Source: Scenedesmus sp. PABB004 (taxonomy: Eukaryota). From it: 64,000 bases of DNA. Numbering within the stretch: the first letter of the stretch is position 1; every line of letters starts with the position of its first letter. Location of the stretch: positions 1-64,000 of the forward strand of contig JABVCE010000011.1 of the NCBI GenBank assembly GCA_014905635.1, given 5' to 3'. A program made the translations under genes and the position numbers. The notes under the pieces are model-generated. The model was not told where the DNA came from, searched no databases, and was given only the letters and a program-made list of their open reading frames with translations. Shown piece by piece: positions 1 through 12,516 of this stretch.

Positions 1-153
1 GCGCCGCCGCGGCGCGCGGGCCGGCACGCGGCGGCCGCCGCAGCCCGCGCAGCAGCCGCGCGCCCCTCGCCTCCTGACGCCCCGCTCGCTCCCGCCCCGC
101 CCCGCCCCCTTCACGCCACCCCCCCCCTCCCCCACCCCGGCCTTGGCCCGCAG

Positions 154-3100
154 CGTCCATCCCGGTGGTGGGGTTCAACGCGGTGCTCATGAGCGAGCAC
201 TTTGGCGCCTTCCTCGCCTGCGCCGCCATCCACGCCGCGCTCGCGGTGCGCTGGGTGCGCTCGCTGCTGCCGCCGCGCCAGTTTGAGGCGGCGACGCGCG
301 TCGTGCTCGTCGGCGGCGCGTGCGCCCTCGCCGCGGTCACGCTGCTCGTGCTCGGCTACGTCCTGCGCTCGCCGACGTTTGGCTGGACCGGTGCGCGCCC
401 GCGCCGCCGCCGCCGCGCGCCCGCGCATGCGCCGCCGCCGCGCCCCCCCCCCCCCCCCCCCCCCCTCACGCGCCCCTCCCCTCATCACGCCCCCCCCCCC
501 CCTCGCCCAACACCCCCCCCCCCAGGGCGCAGCCTGACGCTGCTCGACCCCACCTACGCCTCGCGCTTCGTGCCCATCATCGCCAGCGTGAGCGAGCACC
601 AGCCCCCCAGCTGGCCCAGCTACATCACGGACCTCCACTTTGCCGCGCTGCTCGCGCCGGCGGGGCTCATCGCAGCGTTCCGGCGCCTCGACAACGGCGA
701 GCGGCCGCGCCGCGCGGGCGCGCCGTCACCCCCCTCCCTCTCTCCCTCTCTCTCCCTCTCTCTCTCCCCCTCCCTCTCTCCCTCTCTCTCCCTCTCTCCC
801 TCTCTCTCCCTCTCTCTCTCCCCCCTCTCTCTCTCTCCCCTCCCTCTCTGTCCCGCCCTCCCTCTCACCACCCACCCACCCCCCGCCCGCCCACCCCCTC
901 ACGCGCAGGCTCGCTGTTCCTGGTGCTGTACGGTGTGACGGCCGCCTACTTCAGCGGCGTCATGGTCCGCCTCATGCTCGTCCTCGCCCCCGCCGTGTGC
1001 TGCCTCGCGGGCGTGGCGGTCAGCGACGTCCTCTCCACCCTCACGGCGAGCCTCAAGGCCGGCGTGCGCTCCGCGCGCGGCGGCGGCGCCCGCGCCAGCG
1101 CCGGCGGCGCGGCCGACGCGGCCGCGGCCGACGCGGGCGACGACGCCGACGGCGGCGGCGGCGCACCGTCGGCGGGCGGCGGCAAGCGCGGCGGCGGGCG
1201 CGGCAAGCGCGGCGCCAAGGGCGGCGCCGGCGGCGACGAGGCGCGGGCGCTGGGCGGCTTTGGCGACGCGTTCCTTGGCTGGCTGTCGCCCGAGGCGCGG
1301 CCCCTGCCCGCGCCCGTCGCGGCGCTGGGGCTGGGGCTCATGCTGGGGCTGATGGCGCTCTACACCATCCACTGCGTGGGGTGAGCGTGTTTTGTGTGGG
1401 GGGGGGGGGGGCGCTCGGGGGCACGGGAGGCGCGCGCGGCGGGGCGGCGGGGCAGCAGGGGCGGCGGGGGCGGCGGGGCGCGCCCGGCACGCTCACCCTT
1501 GTCCCACTCCCCCCCCCCCCACATCCACCCTCCCACACCACCCACTCCCACCCACCCACACCACCCACTCCCACCCACACCACCCACGCCACCCACTCCC
1601 GCCCGCCCACCCACGCAACAGGTCTCCGCCGACATGTACAGCGCGCCGAGCATCGTGCTGCAGAGCCACAAGCCCGACGGCAGCTTCTACGTCTTTGACG
1701 ACTTCCGCGAGGCCTACGCCTGGCTGCGGCACAACACACACCCCGAGGCAAAGGTCGCGAGCTGGTGCGGCGCGCGGCGCACGGCGCGCGGCGCGCGGCG
1801 CGCGGCGGCACACCGGGGCACCGGGGGGGGGGGGCGTGTGGGAGTCGCGGGGTTGGGGCCGTAACCCGCGCGGTGCCTCGGGAGGGCAGGCGGGCGTGGG
1901 GGCGTGGGACCACCATGTGGCGGTTGACCCGCGCACGTGCGTCCCACGCCCCCACGCCCGCCCTACCTCTCTCGAGCGGCCCGCGGGCGGCCTGGTTCAG
2001 GCCTTGGCGCCCCTGCCTGAGCACCTACCCTAAAACCCCTAAACCACTCCCTCCCCCGCCAACACCCCTGAACCACCGCAGGTGGGACTACGGCTACCAG
2101 ACGACCGCGATGGCCAACCGCACGATCGTGGTCGACAACAACACGTGGAACACGAGCCACATCGCGACCGTGGGCCGCGCGATGGCGAGCCCCGAGGCCA
2201 AGGCCTGGCGCATCTACCGGTCGCTCGACGTGGACTATGTGTTTGTCGTCTTTGGCGGCCTCATCGGGTACAGCAGCGACGACATCAACAAGTTCCTCTG
2301 GATGGTGCGCGCGCCGCGCGCTGCGCTGCGCGGGCTGCGCGCAATGTGTGCTGCGTGTGCTGCCGCGTGTGCTGCGCGTGCTGCGCCGCGCGCCTCGAGC
2401 GGCGCCGGCGCCCCTCGCGCGCGCGCGCGCGCTCCCCCATCCTCCGCGCACACAATGCCACACTCACACACTCACACACTCGCATACACACTCACACACT
2501 CGCATACACACTCACACTCTCACACACTCACACATGTCACACACACGTCACCCCCGCTCCGACGCACACTCACACCCACCAACGCCAGGTGCGCATCGGC
2601 GGCGGCGTGTACCCGGAGATCAAGGAGCCCGACTACATCGGCGAGGGCGGGCAGTACCGCATCGACGCCGGGGGCGCGCCCGCGATGCTCAAGAGCCTCA
2701 TGTACAAGCTCTCCTACCACGAGTGAGGGCTCTTTGGGGGGCGCCGGGGGTGAAGGGTTCAGGGTTCAAGGGCGCAGGGCAAAGGGACGGCGGCGAGAGG
2801 GGCGGCGAGAGGGGCGGCGAGGGCGCCGCGCCGCTGACCCGCCCGCGCGCGCGCCCGCAGCTTTGCGCAGGCGTCGCAGCGCCAGCTCGGCATGGCCGGC
2901 TTTGACCGCGTGCGCCAGACGCAGATCGGCAAGACGGACGTGAGACGCGCCGCGCGCACGCGCACGCACGTGCCGCGCCGCGCCCATTCGCCATCCGCAT
3001 TCGCCCGCACCGCGCGCCCGCGCGCCCCGCCCCCTGCGCCCCGCTGCCCCCCCCCCAAACCTCCCCCCCTTACAACCCCAAACCCTTCCCCTTCAAACCC

Positions 3101-3261
3101 CAAACCCAAACCCCGCGCAGGTGCCGCTCAAGTACTTTGAGGAGGTCTTCACCAGCGAGCACTGGATGATGCGCATATACCGCGTCCGCGACGCGCCCAA
3201 CCGCGAGGCAGCAAAGCCGCCGCGCAAGCCGCGGCGCGTCGCCGCGCCCGCGGCGGCGTAG
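154..3261 (+). CDS. STT3A: Oligosaccharyltransferase catalytic subunit STT3 (plant STT3A type), 5' partial
   Basis: Exons 154-390, 526-696, 909-~1380, 1622-1764, 2082-2304, 2589-2722, 2861-2939, 3121-3261 (TAG). Motifs: [24 protein letters not shown] (split by intron 1765-2081), [27 protein letters not shown]. There is a phase problem at 1376-1381. Confidence 0.97.
731..865. repeat. Imperfect (CT)n / CTCTCTCC pyrimidine microsatellite in STT3 intron
   Basis: Directly visible; lies inside the GC-AG intron 697-908. Confidence 0.9.
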
Positions 3262-3454
3262 AGGCCGCGGCGGCGCGGCCGCGACCGCGCGCGGGAGGCT
3301 GCTGGGCGGGGCGGCGTCGGGGAGGGGCGCCCAGGGGGGGGGGGGCGGGGGAACGGAGGGGCGTCGAGCACTGCTGCGCTGGCGGGGGGCGCGTGGCGGC
3401 CGGCGCGCCGGACCACACACGCGCGCGCCGCGCGCTCGGGACCCCCGACGCCGT

Positions 3455-3459
3455 TGTAA
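3455..3459 (+). promoter_or_regulatory. TGTAA polyadenylation signal (STT3A)
   Basis: Canonical chlorophyte poly(A) signal about 190 nt after the stop at 3261. Confidence 0.6.
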
Positions 3460-3667
3460 CGGCGGCGGCGGCGGTTCTCCGGCGAAGCCCGTGCCAGCGC
3501 GCCGCCACCACCCCCGGCCGCCCAGGCAGCCCGGCGCCGCAGGCTCCCGCGGCCCGCGCCGCACGCCCCACGCCGCGCGCCGCCCGCGAGCAGCAGACGC
3601 GCGCCCCACCGCCGGCGGTCGCCGCCGCGGCCAGCCGAGCGGCTCACCGCGGTCGCACGTCGCTCCG

Positions 3668-4259
3668 ATGCAGGGCAGCGCCGCCTGTGCTGCGCGCGAG
3701 GTGGGGGGGGGGCAGCGACGGCTGGGAGACGGGGGCCCGCTGCTCTGCCGCTGCTTCCCGCTTCCACCGGCGCGCTGGGCGGCCCAGCGGCTGCGGCGTG
3801 GCTTCTCCAAGCTCCTGTTCTCCCGTGTGCCTGCGCAGCTCCCGTGCGTTTGCGCCGCCGCGCGTTCACGCGGCCGCGCCGCGCGCGCTGCGACTGCCGC
3901 AGCAGGCGGGGCCGGACGACGACGTGGCGCGGCACCCCTTGTTGCAGCAGCCCGAGCTGCTGGCCAAGGTGCTGGCGCGCCTGTCGCTGGAGCAGCGCCT
4001 GCGCTGCACGGCGCACGTGTGCCGCGCTTGGGCGGCCGCGGCGCGCGCGGCGACGAGCATGGATGATGATGCCAGGGAGCGGTGCCTCGTGCTGGCGCAG
4101 CGGCTGGCGGCGGTCAAGGCGCGCCTCGAGGAGCTCCGCGCCGAGGTCGGCCGCGTCCGCGTGGCCCGGGCGCGCGCGGTGGCGGCGGATCCGCGCACGG
4201 CAGAGGCGGTGGCCGGGATGCTCCGCCGCTGGCTACGACGACGTTGCGGGGCGCGGTGA
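3668..4259 (+). CDS. Small F-box-domain protein with C-terminal coiled coil
   Basis: Proposed exons 3668-3700 and 3903-4259, which are phase-compatible. PLLQQPELLAKVLARLSLEQRLRCTAHVCRAW matches the F-box pattern (PE..L..L....R....VCR.W). The start and the 3' end (possible donor at 4256) are uncertain. Confidence 0.6.
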
Positions 4260-4409
4260 GACGCTGTTGCGGTTGCCGTCCAAGGCCCAACGCCCCCCCC
4301 CCGGCAGGACCCGCGCCCCCGCCCGCCGAGGCGCGCCGCCCGCCCGGGGTCGCCGCCGCAGAGCGCGCCGCCGCCGCTAGCTGCAAGGCCAGCCCGCGGC
4401 TGACCGCAG

Positions 4410-5655
4410 TCACCCCTTCTTGCCCGCTGCAAAGAAGCTGGTGATGTTTTTCTGGCCCTTGCCGCCGCCCCTGCCGCCGCCCCTGCCGCCCTTGGCGCCG
4501 CCGGCGCCCCTGCCCGGCGCGCCGCCGCCCCCGCGGCCGCTGCCGCCGCCGCTGCCCGCCGCGCCGGCGGGCTTGCCGCTGCCGGGCGCGCCCTGCCCCG
4601 CCGCGGCCGCGCCCGCCGGCCGGGGCGACGCGGCGGGCGGCGCCGCCTGCGGGGCCTGTGCCGCCTGCGGGGCCTCGTCCTGCACCCACACCTCCTCGCC
4701 TGTCGCAGGGTCAAACTCAAACCGCCCCCCAGACGCAGCAGCAGCAGCAGCAGCCCCAGCGCCAGCAGCGCCACCACCGGGCGCGGCCGGCGCCTCGCCC
4801 TTCTGGCGCTTTGCTGGCGGCGCCGCCGCGCCGCCGCCGCCCGGGCGCGCCGCCGCCGGCGACCGCGCCGCGCCGCCGCCGCCGCCGCCGCCGGGCGCCG
4901 GCGCGGGCCGCGGCGCGGCGGCGGCGATGGTCGGGGCAAACGCCACGCTGCTGCAGGTGTTGCGCGCAAACACCTCGGCCCCCGCCGCGTCGCCGCCGGC
5001 CTGCAGCAGCGCGGCGTGAAAGTGCTGCGCCTGCTCCCGGTCCTCCGCGCAGAGCCGCGCCGCGTCAGTGACGGCGCGGCGCTCCGCCGGCAGCACGCTG
5101 TGCACGTGTGTGCTGGTCCGGGTGCCGAGCTCGGCGCAGCACGCGTCCAGCGCGTCGGCGTCGACCAGCCGCACCACGTAGCTCGACTCGTCGCCCTGCG
5201 CGCGCAAAGCGGCAAGCGGCCGGCGCTTGTCAGGCGCCCGGGACCAGCGCGCGGCGCGGCGCGGCAGGCGAGCGCGCGGCAGGCGCGGCAGTTGAGCCGC
5301 CGCCGCCGCAGCGCCGTGCCTTGCGCGTGCCGGCGACGAGGTAGATCGCCTTGACCTTGCCGGGGCCCTTCTCCTGCAGAAACTGAAACAGCAGCCTGCC
5401 AGGCGGCGGCGGTCGAGGGCGGCGGTCGATGCGCGGCGCGCCCGCTGCTGCTCTCCGCGGCCAGCGCGCGCGGCGCTGCGTCGCGCACCGCTTGGCGGTG
5501 TTGGCGGGCAGCTGCGCGCTGCGGGCGAGCCACTTGTAGCTGACAACCCTGAGCTCGCCCAGGACGAGCTCCTCGAGCTCAGCGAGCGCCGCCGCGTGCT
5601 GCTGCTGCGCCGCCGGCGCCGGCGGCGCCTGCTGCCCTGGATCGCAGGCCGCCAT
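4410..5655 (-). CDS. POLD3: DNA polymerase delta subunit 3 (Cdc27/p66)
   Basis: Exons 5655-5489, 5395-5320, 5195-4410. N-terminal winged-helix signature VVSYKWLARS..LPANTAKRLL..F..IYLVAG, a disordered middle, and a C-terminal PIP box QKNITSFF. Confidence 0.9.
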
Positions 5656-5936
5656 CTGCGGCTGCTGCGCGGGCTGCGGGAGCAAACGGCGCGGTGCCGG
5701 GCGGCCTGGGCGCGGAGCGGCGGCGCGCGACGCGGGAGGCGGTTGGCGCCGGCGGCGTGCGCGCTCGCTGCAACTGCAACTGCTGCCCTGCTCCTGCTGC
5801 TGCTGCCGCCGGGGCGCACGGAGGAGGTCCGGCGCCGAAGGAGCGCCCGCAGCGGCCAGCGGCGGCGGGTTTCACGATCGACGAACCGCGGCCGTTTGAA
5901 GAACCCTCGCGCCGCCGCCCCCGCGGCCCGCGCCGC

Positions 5937-7316
5937 TCACTGCGCCGCCGGCGGCGCCGCCGCGCGCGCGAGCCGGTCCAGCACCGCGGCGAGCAGCTCC
6001 GCGTCGTCCGGGTCGGCCGCGCCCGCGGCCTGCAGCATCGACGCGCGCTCGGTCACGTCGGCCAGCACGCGCGTCGGCAGCGCCAGCCCGAGCGCGTGCG
6101 CGCCGAGCGCGGCCTGCGTGAGCTCGTCGTGGTCGTACAGCTGAGTCTCCTCGCCCAGGTGGCCCAGCAGCGCGGCCGCGAGCGCGGGCCCGGGGCGCAG
6201 CCCCAGCCTGTGGCGCGCGCGGCGGCGCGGGCGGGCGGCGGGCGGGCCGGGGTCGGCGCGCGGCAGTGCGCCCGTGACCCCGCCCGCGCCCGCGTGGCGC
6301 CCGCGCGCGCGCGCGCACCGCACGTAGCACGTGAGCGTCTGCGCGACCGCGAGCCCGCACAGCCGCCCCGGGCGCGCGGCCACCGCGGCCTCCCACAGCG
6401 CCTGCGCGCCCGCGCTCGGCGGCCGCTCCGCCGCGGCGGGCAGCAGCAGCAGGTTGGCGAGCGCGGTTGCGCTCGGCTCCGGCGCGCCGCCGCCGCCGGC
6501 CGCGAGCGCCTCGAGCGCCGCGGCGACCGCCGAGGCATAGCGGCCGTGCCACGCGGCGTCGAGGCCGTACGCCGGCGCGGCCGCCGGGTCGGCGGCGGGC
6601 GTGAGGCGCATGAGCGCCCAGCCCAGGTTGGCGAGCCCCGGGAGGTCAAACTCGTGCAGCCGCGCCCCCGCCGCGGCCACGAGCGACGGCACAAAGCCGC
6701 GCGGCAGCGGCAGGCCGAGCGCGGCGAGGTGCTTCAGCGTCGCCGCGAGCTCGCGCGCCGTGAACTGCCGCACGAGGCCGCGGCCCGTCAGCTCGTCCAC
6801 GATCTCGGCCAGCTGCGCCGGGTTGACCTCGGAGCCCCTGGACCGCGCGGCGCACTCGAGCGCGTGCGTGAAGTCGGCGACCGTGACGGGCGCGTTGGGT
6901 GCGTCGCCGCCACCGGGCTCGCCGCCAGTCGGGTCGTACTGCGGCGCGGCGCGGCGGCGGCGGCGGCGGCGTGGGCGTCGGCCGCACGCGCGCGCGCGGG
7001 GCGCTGCACTGCGCCCAGGGGCGGCGCGGCGCGACGCGTGGGCGCGCGAGCCGGCCCCCGGCCGCACCTGCTTCGACGGCGGGCGCAGCAGGCCCGCGAC
7101 GAGCGCCGCGTTTGAGAGGTTGAGCTTGTTCAGCGACTCCAGCGACGGCGCGCCCCGCGCCCCGTCGGCGGGCCCCGCCGCGGCCGACGCGGCGAGGCGC
7201 CGGCAGCGCCGCGCCGGCGGCCAGGGCGGCGGCGGCTGCTGCTGCCCCGCCGCCGCGCGGCCGCCGCAGCCGGCGCGGCCCGCCACGGGCAGCGCGCGGC
7301 AGCGCAGGTGCGACAT
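5937..7316 (-). CDS. Organelle-targeted helical-repeat (OPR-like) protein
   Basis: Exons 7316-7068, 6938-6319, 6207-5937. R/A-rich transit-like N-terminus. Degenerate OPR-like units FTARELAATLKHLAALG, FDLPGLANLGWALMRL, YDHDELTQAALGAHALG. Confidence 0.65.
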   Translation of the reverse strand: MSHLRCRALPVAGRAGCGGRAAAGQQQPPPPWPPARRCRRLAASAAAGPADGARGAPSLESLNKLNLSNAALVAGLLRPPSKQVRPGAGSRAHASRRAAPGRSAAPRARACGRRPRRRRRRRAAPQYDPTGGEPGGGDAPNAPVTVADFTHALECAARSRGSEVNPAQLAEIVDELTGRGLVRQFTARELAATLKHLAALGLPLPRGFVPSLVAAAGARLHEFDLPGLANLGWALMRLTPAADPAAAPAYGLDAAWHGRYASAVAAALEALAAGGGGAPEPSATALANLLLLPAAAERPPSAGAQALWEAAVAARPGRLCGLAVAQTLTCYVRCARARGRHAGAGGVTGALPRADPGPPAARPRRRARHRLGLRPGPALAAALLGHLGEETQLYDHDELTQAALGAHALGLALPTRVLADVTERASMLQAAGAADPDDAELLAAVLDRLARAAAPPAAQ

Positions 7317-7627
7317 GGCGGCGCGCCGGGCCCGCAGGCGCCGGACCAGCGGCGTGCGCGCAGGCGGCAGCGGCAGCAGCAGAGCGGCGCGGCGGCTGGT
7401 GCGGAGCCGGCAGAGCCGTGGTGCGCCGCTCTGCTTGACGGCAGTGGAGTGCGTAATGGGGCGGTGGCGGGCGCGGCGACGCCGGTGCAAGCGGCGGCGG
7501 CGGTTGGCGGCGAGCGTCACGTGCGCGTTTTTTTGCGCTGCCGCCGCCAGCGCGCCGACGCGTATCACGCAGGTGACTGACGCCAGCAGCGACAGCGCCT
7601 TGGGCGGCGGCGGCGCCGGCGGCAGAC

Positions 7628-10298
7628 ATGGCGGCGGCACGCCGGTGCCTGCTGCTGCTCGCGGCGCTGGCGGCGCTGGCAGCGTGCGCGGCAGCTGACT
7701 CGCCACCACCGTGCGCCAAGGGCGACGTGCCCTGCCACTGTGCGGCGCTCGGGGGCCGCTGGAAGGCGCTGGCACCGCCGCTGCTGTCGGCCTGCCAGGT
7801 GGACTACGAGCACGACGGTGCGCCGCTGCGGGTCTGCGCATCAGCGTTGGCGCGCGCGCGTCGCGGCAGGCGCCAGCACCGACTCGCGCGCCTCAGCCCG
7901 CCTGCGCGGCCTGCGCCGGGCCCGGCGGGCGCCCGCGTGGGCCGCTCCGGTCTCGGAGAGCTGCCCACAGCGCGTCGGTGCAGGCGCGGCGCAGCCACGC
8001 CAGGCGGCGCAACCGCCGGCGCGCGCAGCAGCGCCGCTCGCTGGTGACGCCGCGGTGCGCGCCTCGGTGCGGGCCCCGGCAGCCCGGGCGAGCGAGAGAG
8101 CGTCCCACGCCGGATCGCCGTCGGCTCGCGCCCGCCGGCCCCGCCCACGCGCCCGCCGGCCGCCCACGCGTCCGCCCACGCCCGCCGCACCCGCCGACGC
8201 CCGCTGTGCAGGGCTCGGACGCTACGTCAACGTGTACCTCCCGCCCGCCTACGACGGCGTGACGCCGTTCCCGGTGTGGGTGCACCTGCACGGCGTGTTC
8301 TGGTCGACCATGGGCGACATCGGCGCCCGCGTGGGGCGCGGCGTCAACGGCACCGACATCATCCCCGACTGGGACCGCAGCGTCGCGCTGCTCGGCGACC
8401 GCGCGGTCATCGCCTACCCGCAGAGCCTCGGCGACGCCGGCACCGGCGACGAGGCGGCCGAGGGCCAGGGCGTCAAGTTCCGCCAGGCGCGCGCGCAGCG
8501 GCGCCGGCGGCGCGGCCGGGCGCGGGCGGCGGTGCCGCGCGCCGCGCGGCAGCCGTGGCCCACGCCCCCGCGCGCCCGCCCCCGCCTGCGCGCGCCGCCC
8601 TCCTGCAGTTCTGGAGCGTGCCGTTTTGGCGCTGCTCCGTGGGCATCTGCCGCCCGCCGGGGCTGGACGACGTGGGTTTCATCGAGGCGGTCATCGCCGA
8701 CCTGCCCACGCGCCTCGCGGCAGCGCCGGGCCGGGTGCGGCGGCCGCGCCGCGCGCGTGCGGCGGCCGCGCCGCGCGCCGCCGCCGGGCAGCGGCCGGGC
8801 AGCGGCGGACACGACACCCACGCCCACGCCCACGCCCGCGCCCCCGTGGCCCCGCGCCGCCGCCCACGCGCCCGCGCCGCAGCTCTACCTGTCTGGCGAG
8901 TCGGCGGGCGGCATGCTCGTGCACGCGCTGCTCTGCCAGAGCAAGAGCGTGCCGGCCGCGATCACCGCGGCCGCCGACCTGCTCGGCGGCATCGCCGCCG
9001 AGTACGCCGCGGGCCCCGCGTGCGCGGGCAGCCCCGCGGTGCCGTTCCTCAAGCTCCACGGCATGGTCGACCCCTCGCTCACGTACGACGCGCCGGTCCT
9101 GGTCGACGGCGTGCCCTTTCTGTCGGCGGTCGACGCGGCAAAGCGCCGCGCCGCCACCAACGGCTGCGCCGCGGCCGACGCGGGGCCGGCGGCGCCCGCC
9201 GCCGACGGGCTGATGCTGTGCACCGAGCTCTGCGGCGCGGCGGCGCCGCCGCGGCCGGCCGCGCGGCTGTGCGGCATGCCGGGGGTGGGCCATACCACCG
9301 ACTACCCGCGCCCGGGCTTTGTGTTTGAGCAGGCGTTCAAATTCTTCGAGGGCCAGGCCGACGCCGCGCCCAAGGCGGCGCCGGCGCCGCGCGCCAGCAA
9401 GGCGCCCAGGGCGGCCGCGGCCGCCGGCGCGGCCGGCGCGGCCGGCGCGGAGGGCGCGGAGGCGGAGGCGGAGGGCGCGGGCCCGCTGACGCTCGCGCTC
9501 ACGCTGCCGGGCGTCGGCCTCGCCGAGTTCGAGGCGGCGCTCACGCGCCCCGCGCTCGCGGCCGTCGCGGCCGCCGCGCGCCTGCCCGAGGCCAACGTCT
9601 CGGCCACGTACGCCGCGGCGCCCGGCGGCGGCACCGGCGGCACCGGCGCCGGCGCGGGCGGCGCGCGGCGCCGCCTGCTGCTGGGCGGCGCGGCGCCCGA
9701 GGCGCGCGGCGTGCTGGCGCGCTACGCCCTCGACGCGGCGGCGCCCGGCGCGGCGGCGGGCGCGCTCGTGGGCGCGGTGCGGGACGGCAGCCTGCTCGCG
9801 GCGCTGGAGCGGGCGGGCGCGGCGCCGCCGGGCGCCGCGGCGCCGCGCGCCGCGCTCGCGGCCGGCGCGCGCGAGCTGCTTGCGCCCGTCAGCCTCGGCA
9901 GCGCCGCGGCGGCGGGCGCGGACGCGCGGCAGGCGGCCGCGGGCGCGCAGCGCGCGGCGGCAGCGGCGGCGCCGTGTGCGCCCGGCACCGGCGGCGGCGG
10001 CGGCGACGCCGCAGGCGCGGCGGCCGCCGCCAGCGGCGGCGGCGGTGGCGGCGGTGGCGGCCGCGGCGCCGCCGTGGTCGCCGGCGCGGTCGTCGGCGCG
10101 CTGGCCGGCGCCGCGCTGCTCGCGGGCGGCGCGTGGGCGCTCGCGGCGCGGCGCCGGCGCGCGCGCGGCATGCGCCTGCCGCCGGGCCTGGTGGCGTCGG
10201 TCGACGCCAGCGGCGGCGGCGGGCCGCCGGCCGACGCGGTGATGACGCTCGGGGACGGGCCGGGCGAGGCGGTGGTCCTCAAGGCCGCCGCCAAGTGA
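7628..10298 (+). CDS. Secreted/type I membrane alpha/beta-hydrolase (LpqC/PHB-depolymerase/CE1-like esterase)
   Basis: Exons 7628-7817, 8212-8486, 8609-8734, 8883-10298. Signal peptide; VYLPPAY..PVWVHLHG; DDVGFI; nucleophile GESAGG; LHGMVD; GVGH; RRLL motif; C-terminal TM (AVVAGAVVGALAGAALLAGGAWAL) followed by RRRR. Confidence 0.85.
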
Positions 10299-11030
10299 GC
10301 GGATGCTGATGCTGCTGTGTATGGTGTGCATTGCAGAGAGAGAGTAGAGGCAGGGGGCAGAGGGGGCAGCGCGGGAGAGAGCGGCGAGCCGGCGGCAGCG
10401 ACCGAACAACGGACGAGCGCGGGGTGGCGGCAGCGCGGCGGCGGCGTCCCAGCGCTGCGCGTGGTGGTGATGGGGTGTGAGTTGGCGCCGGCGACGCGCC
10501 AGAGCGAGGCGGCAGCCAGTGTCACCGCCGCGAGGCTCGCCGCTGCTCCGCGCAGTGAGGTTCTTGGGAGGCCGCCGGTCAGCCGGTCGGCCAGCCGCCG
10601 CCCCGGGCGCCTGCGCCGCACAGCCACGCTACGTAGCACGCACCGGCGGCTCCGACCGCCGCTCGAGCCCGGGCAGCTGCGCAACGAAGCTCCCAGCGCG
10701 CGCTGCGCCGACAGAAGCGCCCCACGCCGCGGCTGCGGGTCGCTGCTGGCGAGGGGGACGACCGGATCGGGCGCTCTCTGCCATGGCAGCGCCGCAGCAG
10801 GTGGGCGCGGGGCCGCATCGGCCTGTCCGCCCGCCACGGCCGCGGCTGGCGCCCCCAGCCCGGGCCGGGCGGGCGTGGCGGTCGGCAGCAGCGCGGGCCG
10901 TATCCCTGTGGCGCCTGCGGGCACGCAGCGCGCGGGGCCGGCGAACGCCGTTTGCAGCTGCGCCCGCCAGCGCGCCCGCCGACGCGCAGCGTGCCCGCCG
11001 ACCCGCTCCCGACCGCCGCCTACAGGCACC

Positions 11031-12484
11031 ATGATCGTCACCGCGCCCTGGCGGCCGGCGGGCTGCGGCTGGTGGTGCCTGCTGGCGCTGCTGCTCGCTA
11101 CGCGCGCCGCCGGCCTCCTCGCGCCGCCCTGGACGGATGCAGGTGCGGGGCGCGGGCGGGGGCCCTGGCCACGCGCCCGAGCTTCGCCTGGGTGGCGTGC
11201 GGCGGGCTCACGGCGCGCACGCGCGCGCGCGCCGCCGCCGCCGCGGGCTCACGGCGCGCACACGCGCACGCGCGCGCACGCGCGCGACGCGCAGGCGCGG
11301 CCTGCGCGCCGGGCGCGCTCGAGTGGCCAGCCGGCTCGGGCCACTGCTGGCGCGCGCGTGAGGGCGCCGCGGGCGTCGGCCCCGCCAAGGGCGTGGGCGT
11401 GTTCACGTCGGACAACGTCGCGCGCGACGCCGCGACGGACCAGCTCACCCTGCGCGTGACGCGCGGCGCGCCCGGCGCGCCGCCGCGCTGCGCCGAGCTC
11501 GCGCTCGAGGGCGGCTCACTCGGGCACGGCACGTTCGTATGGCAGGTGGAGACGCCCGCCGCCGAGGTGCGCCACACGGCTCGCCGCGCCGCGCCGTGTG
11601 CTGCGCTGCGCCCGCCGCCGCGCCTCGCCAGGCGCGCCGCGTCACCAAGCTGCGTGTGTGCGCGCGCACGCGCGGCGCGCGCAGGTGCACCACAACCTGG
11701 TGGGCGCGGCGATGCTGTCGGCGGGGCAGGACCGTGAGTTTGACGTCGAGTACGCGCGCTGGGGGCAGCCGATCATAGACAACGCGCAGTACGTCGTCCA
11801 GCCCTACCGCGCCAGCCCCGAGCGGCGCTTCAACCTCACCGCGCCGCGCGTCACGCACCGCCTGCGCTGGGCCGGGTCGGACGGGCCGGGGCAGATCTCG
11901 TTCGAGGCGTGGGGCCCCGACGGCGCCCTCATCACGAGCTGGACGGCGCAGAGTGAGCGCGGGGGCGGGGCGGGGCGGCGCGCGCGCGCCCCGTGGCGCC
12001 GCGGCCCGCGGCCCCGCGCGCTGGCGCTGACGCCGCCGCTCCCGCCGCCTGCCGCGCGCGGCGCAGCCGGCAACAACTTTGCGCCCGGGCCCGAGTCGGT
12101 GGTGCTGAGCCTCTGGGCGTTCCGCGCCGCGCCGCTGCCTGCGGCCGGGGCGATGACGTTCAACTGCTTCAGGTTCTGTCCGCTCGGCGCCGAGGCGCCC
12201 TGCGAGACCGAGGCGGGCCGCCCCGTGTGCGCGTCGGCGTGGCAGGCCGCGGCGCTGCCGACGCTGGCGCAGACCGCGCCGCCGCCGGCGCGCGCGTCGC
12301 CGTGCGGCCCGGGGCTGCTGCAGTGGCCGCCGGGCCGGCCCTACTGCTGGGTCCGCCGCGACAGCAAGGGCGGGCGCGAGTTCCCTGGGAACGTTGAGTA
12401 CCGCGCGACCAACACGTACGTCGAGGCCAGGACCGGCCGCCTCGCGCTGCGCGTGAACCGCCTGCCCGCCGCCGGCGTCAAGGC

Positions 12485-12516
<32 letters not shown>

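Noticed and set aside
2024..3114. Telomere-like words as a chromosome end or fusion site
   Set aside because: Only 2-5 degenerate units, in both orientations, inside introns of an intact gene.
10317..11030. Upstream in-frame extension of the GH16 gene
   Set aside because: It starts at a non-ATG codon and has low-complexity content; ATG 11031 directly precedes a signal-like hydrophobic stretch.
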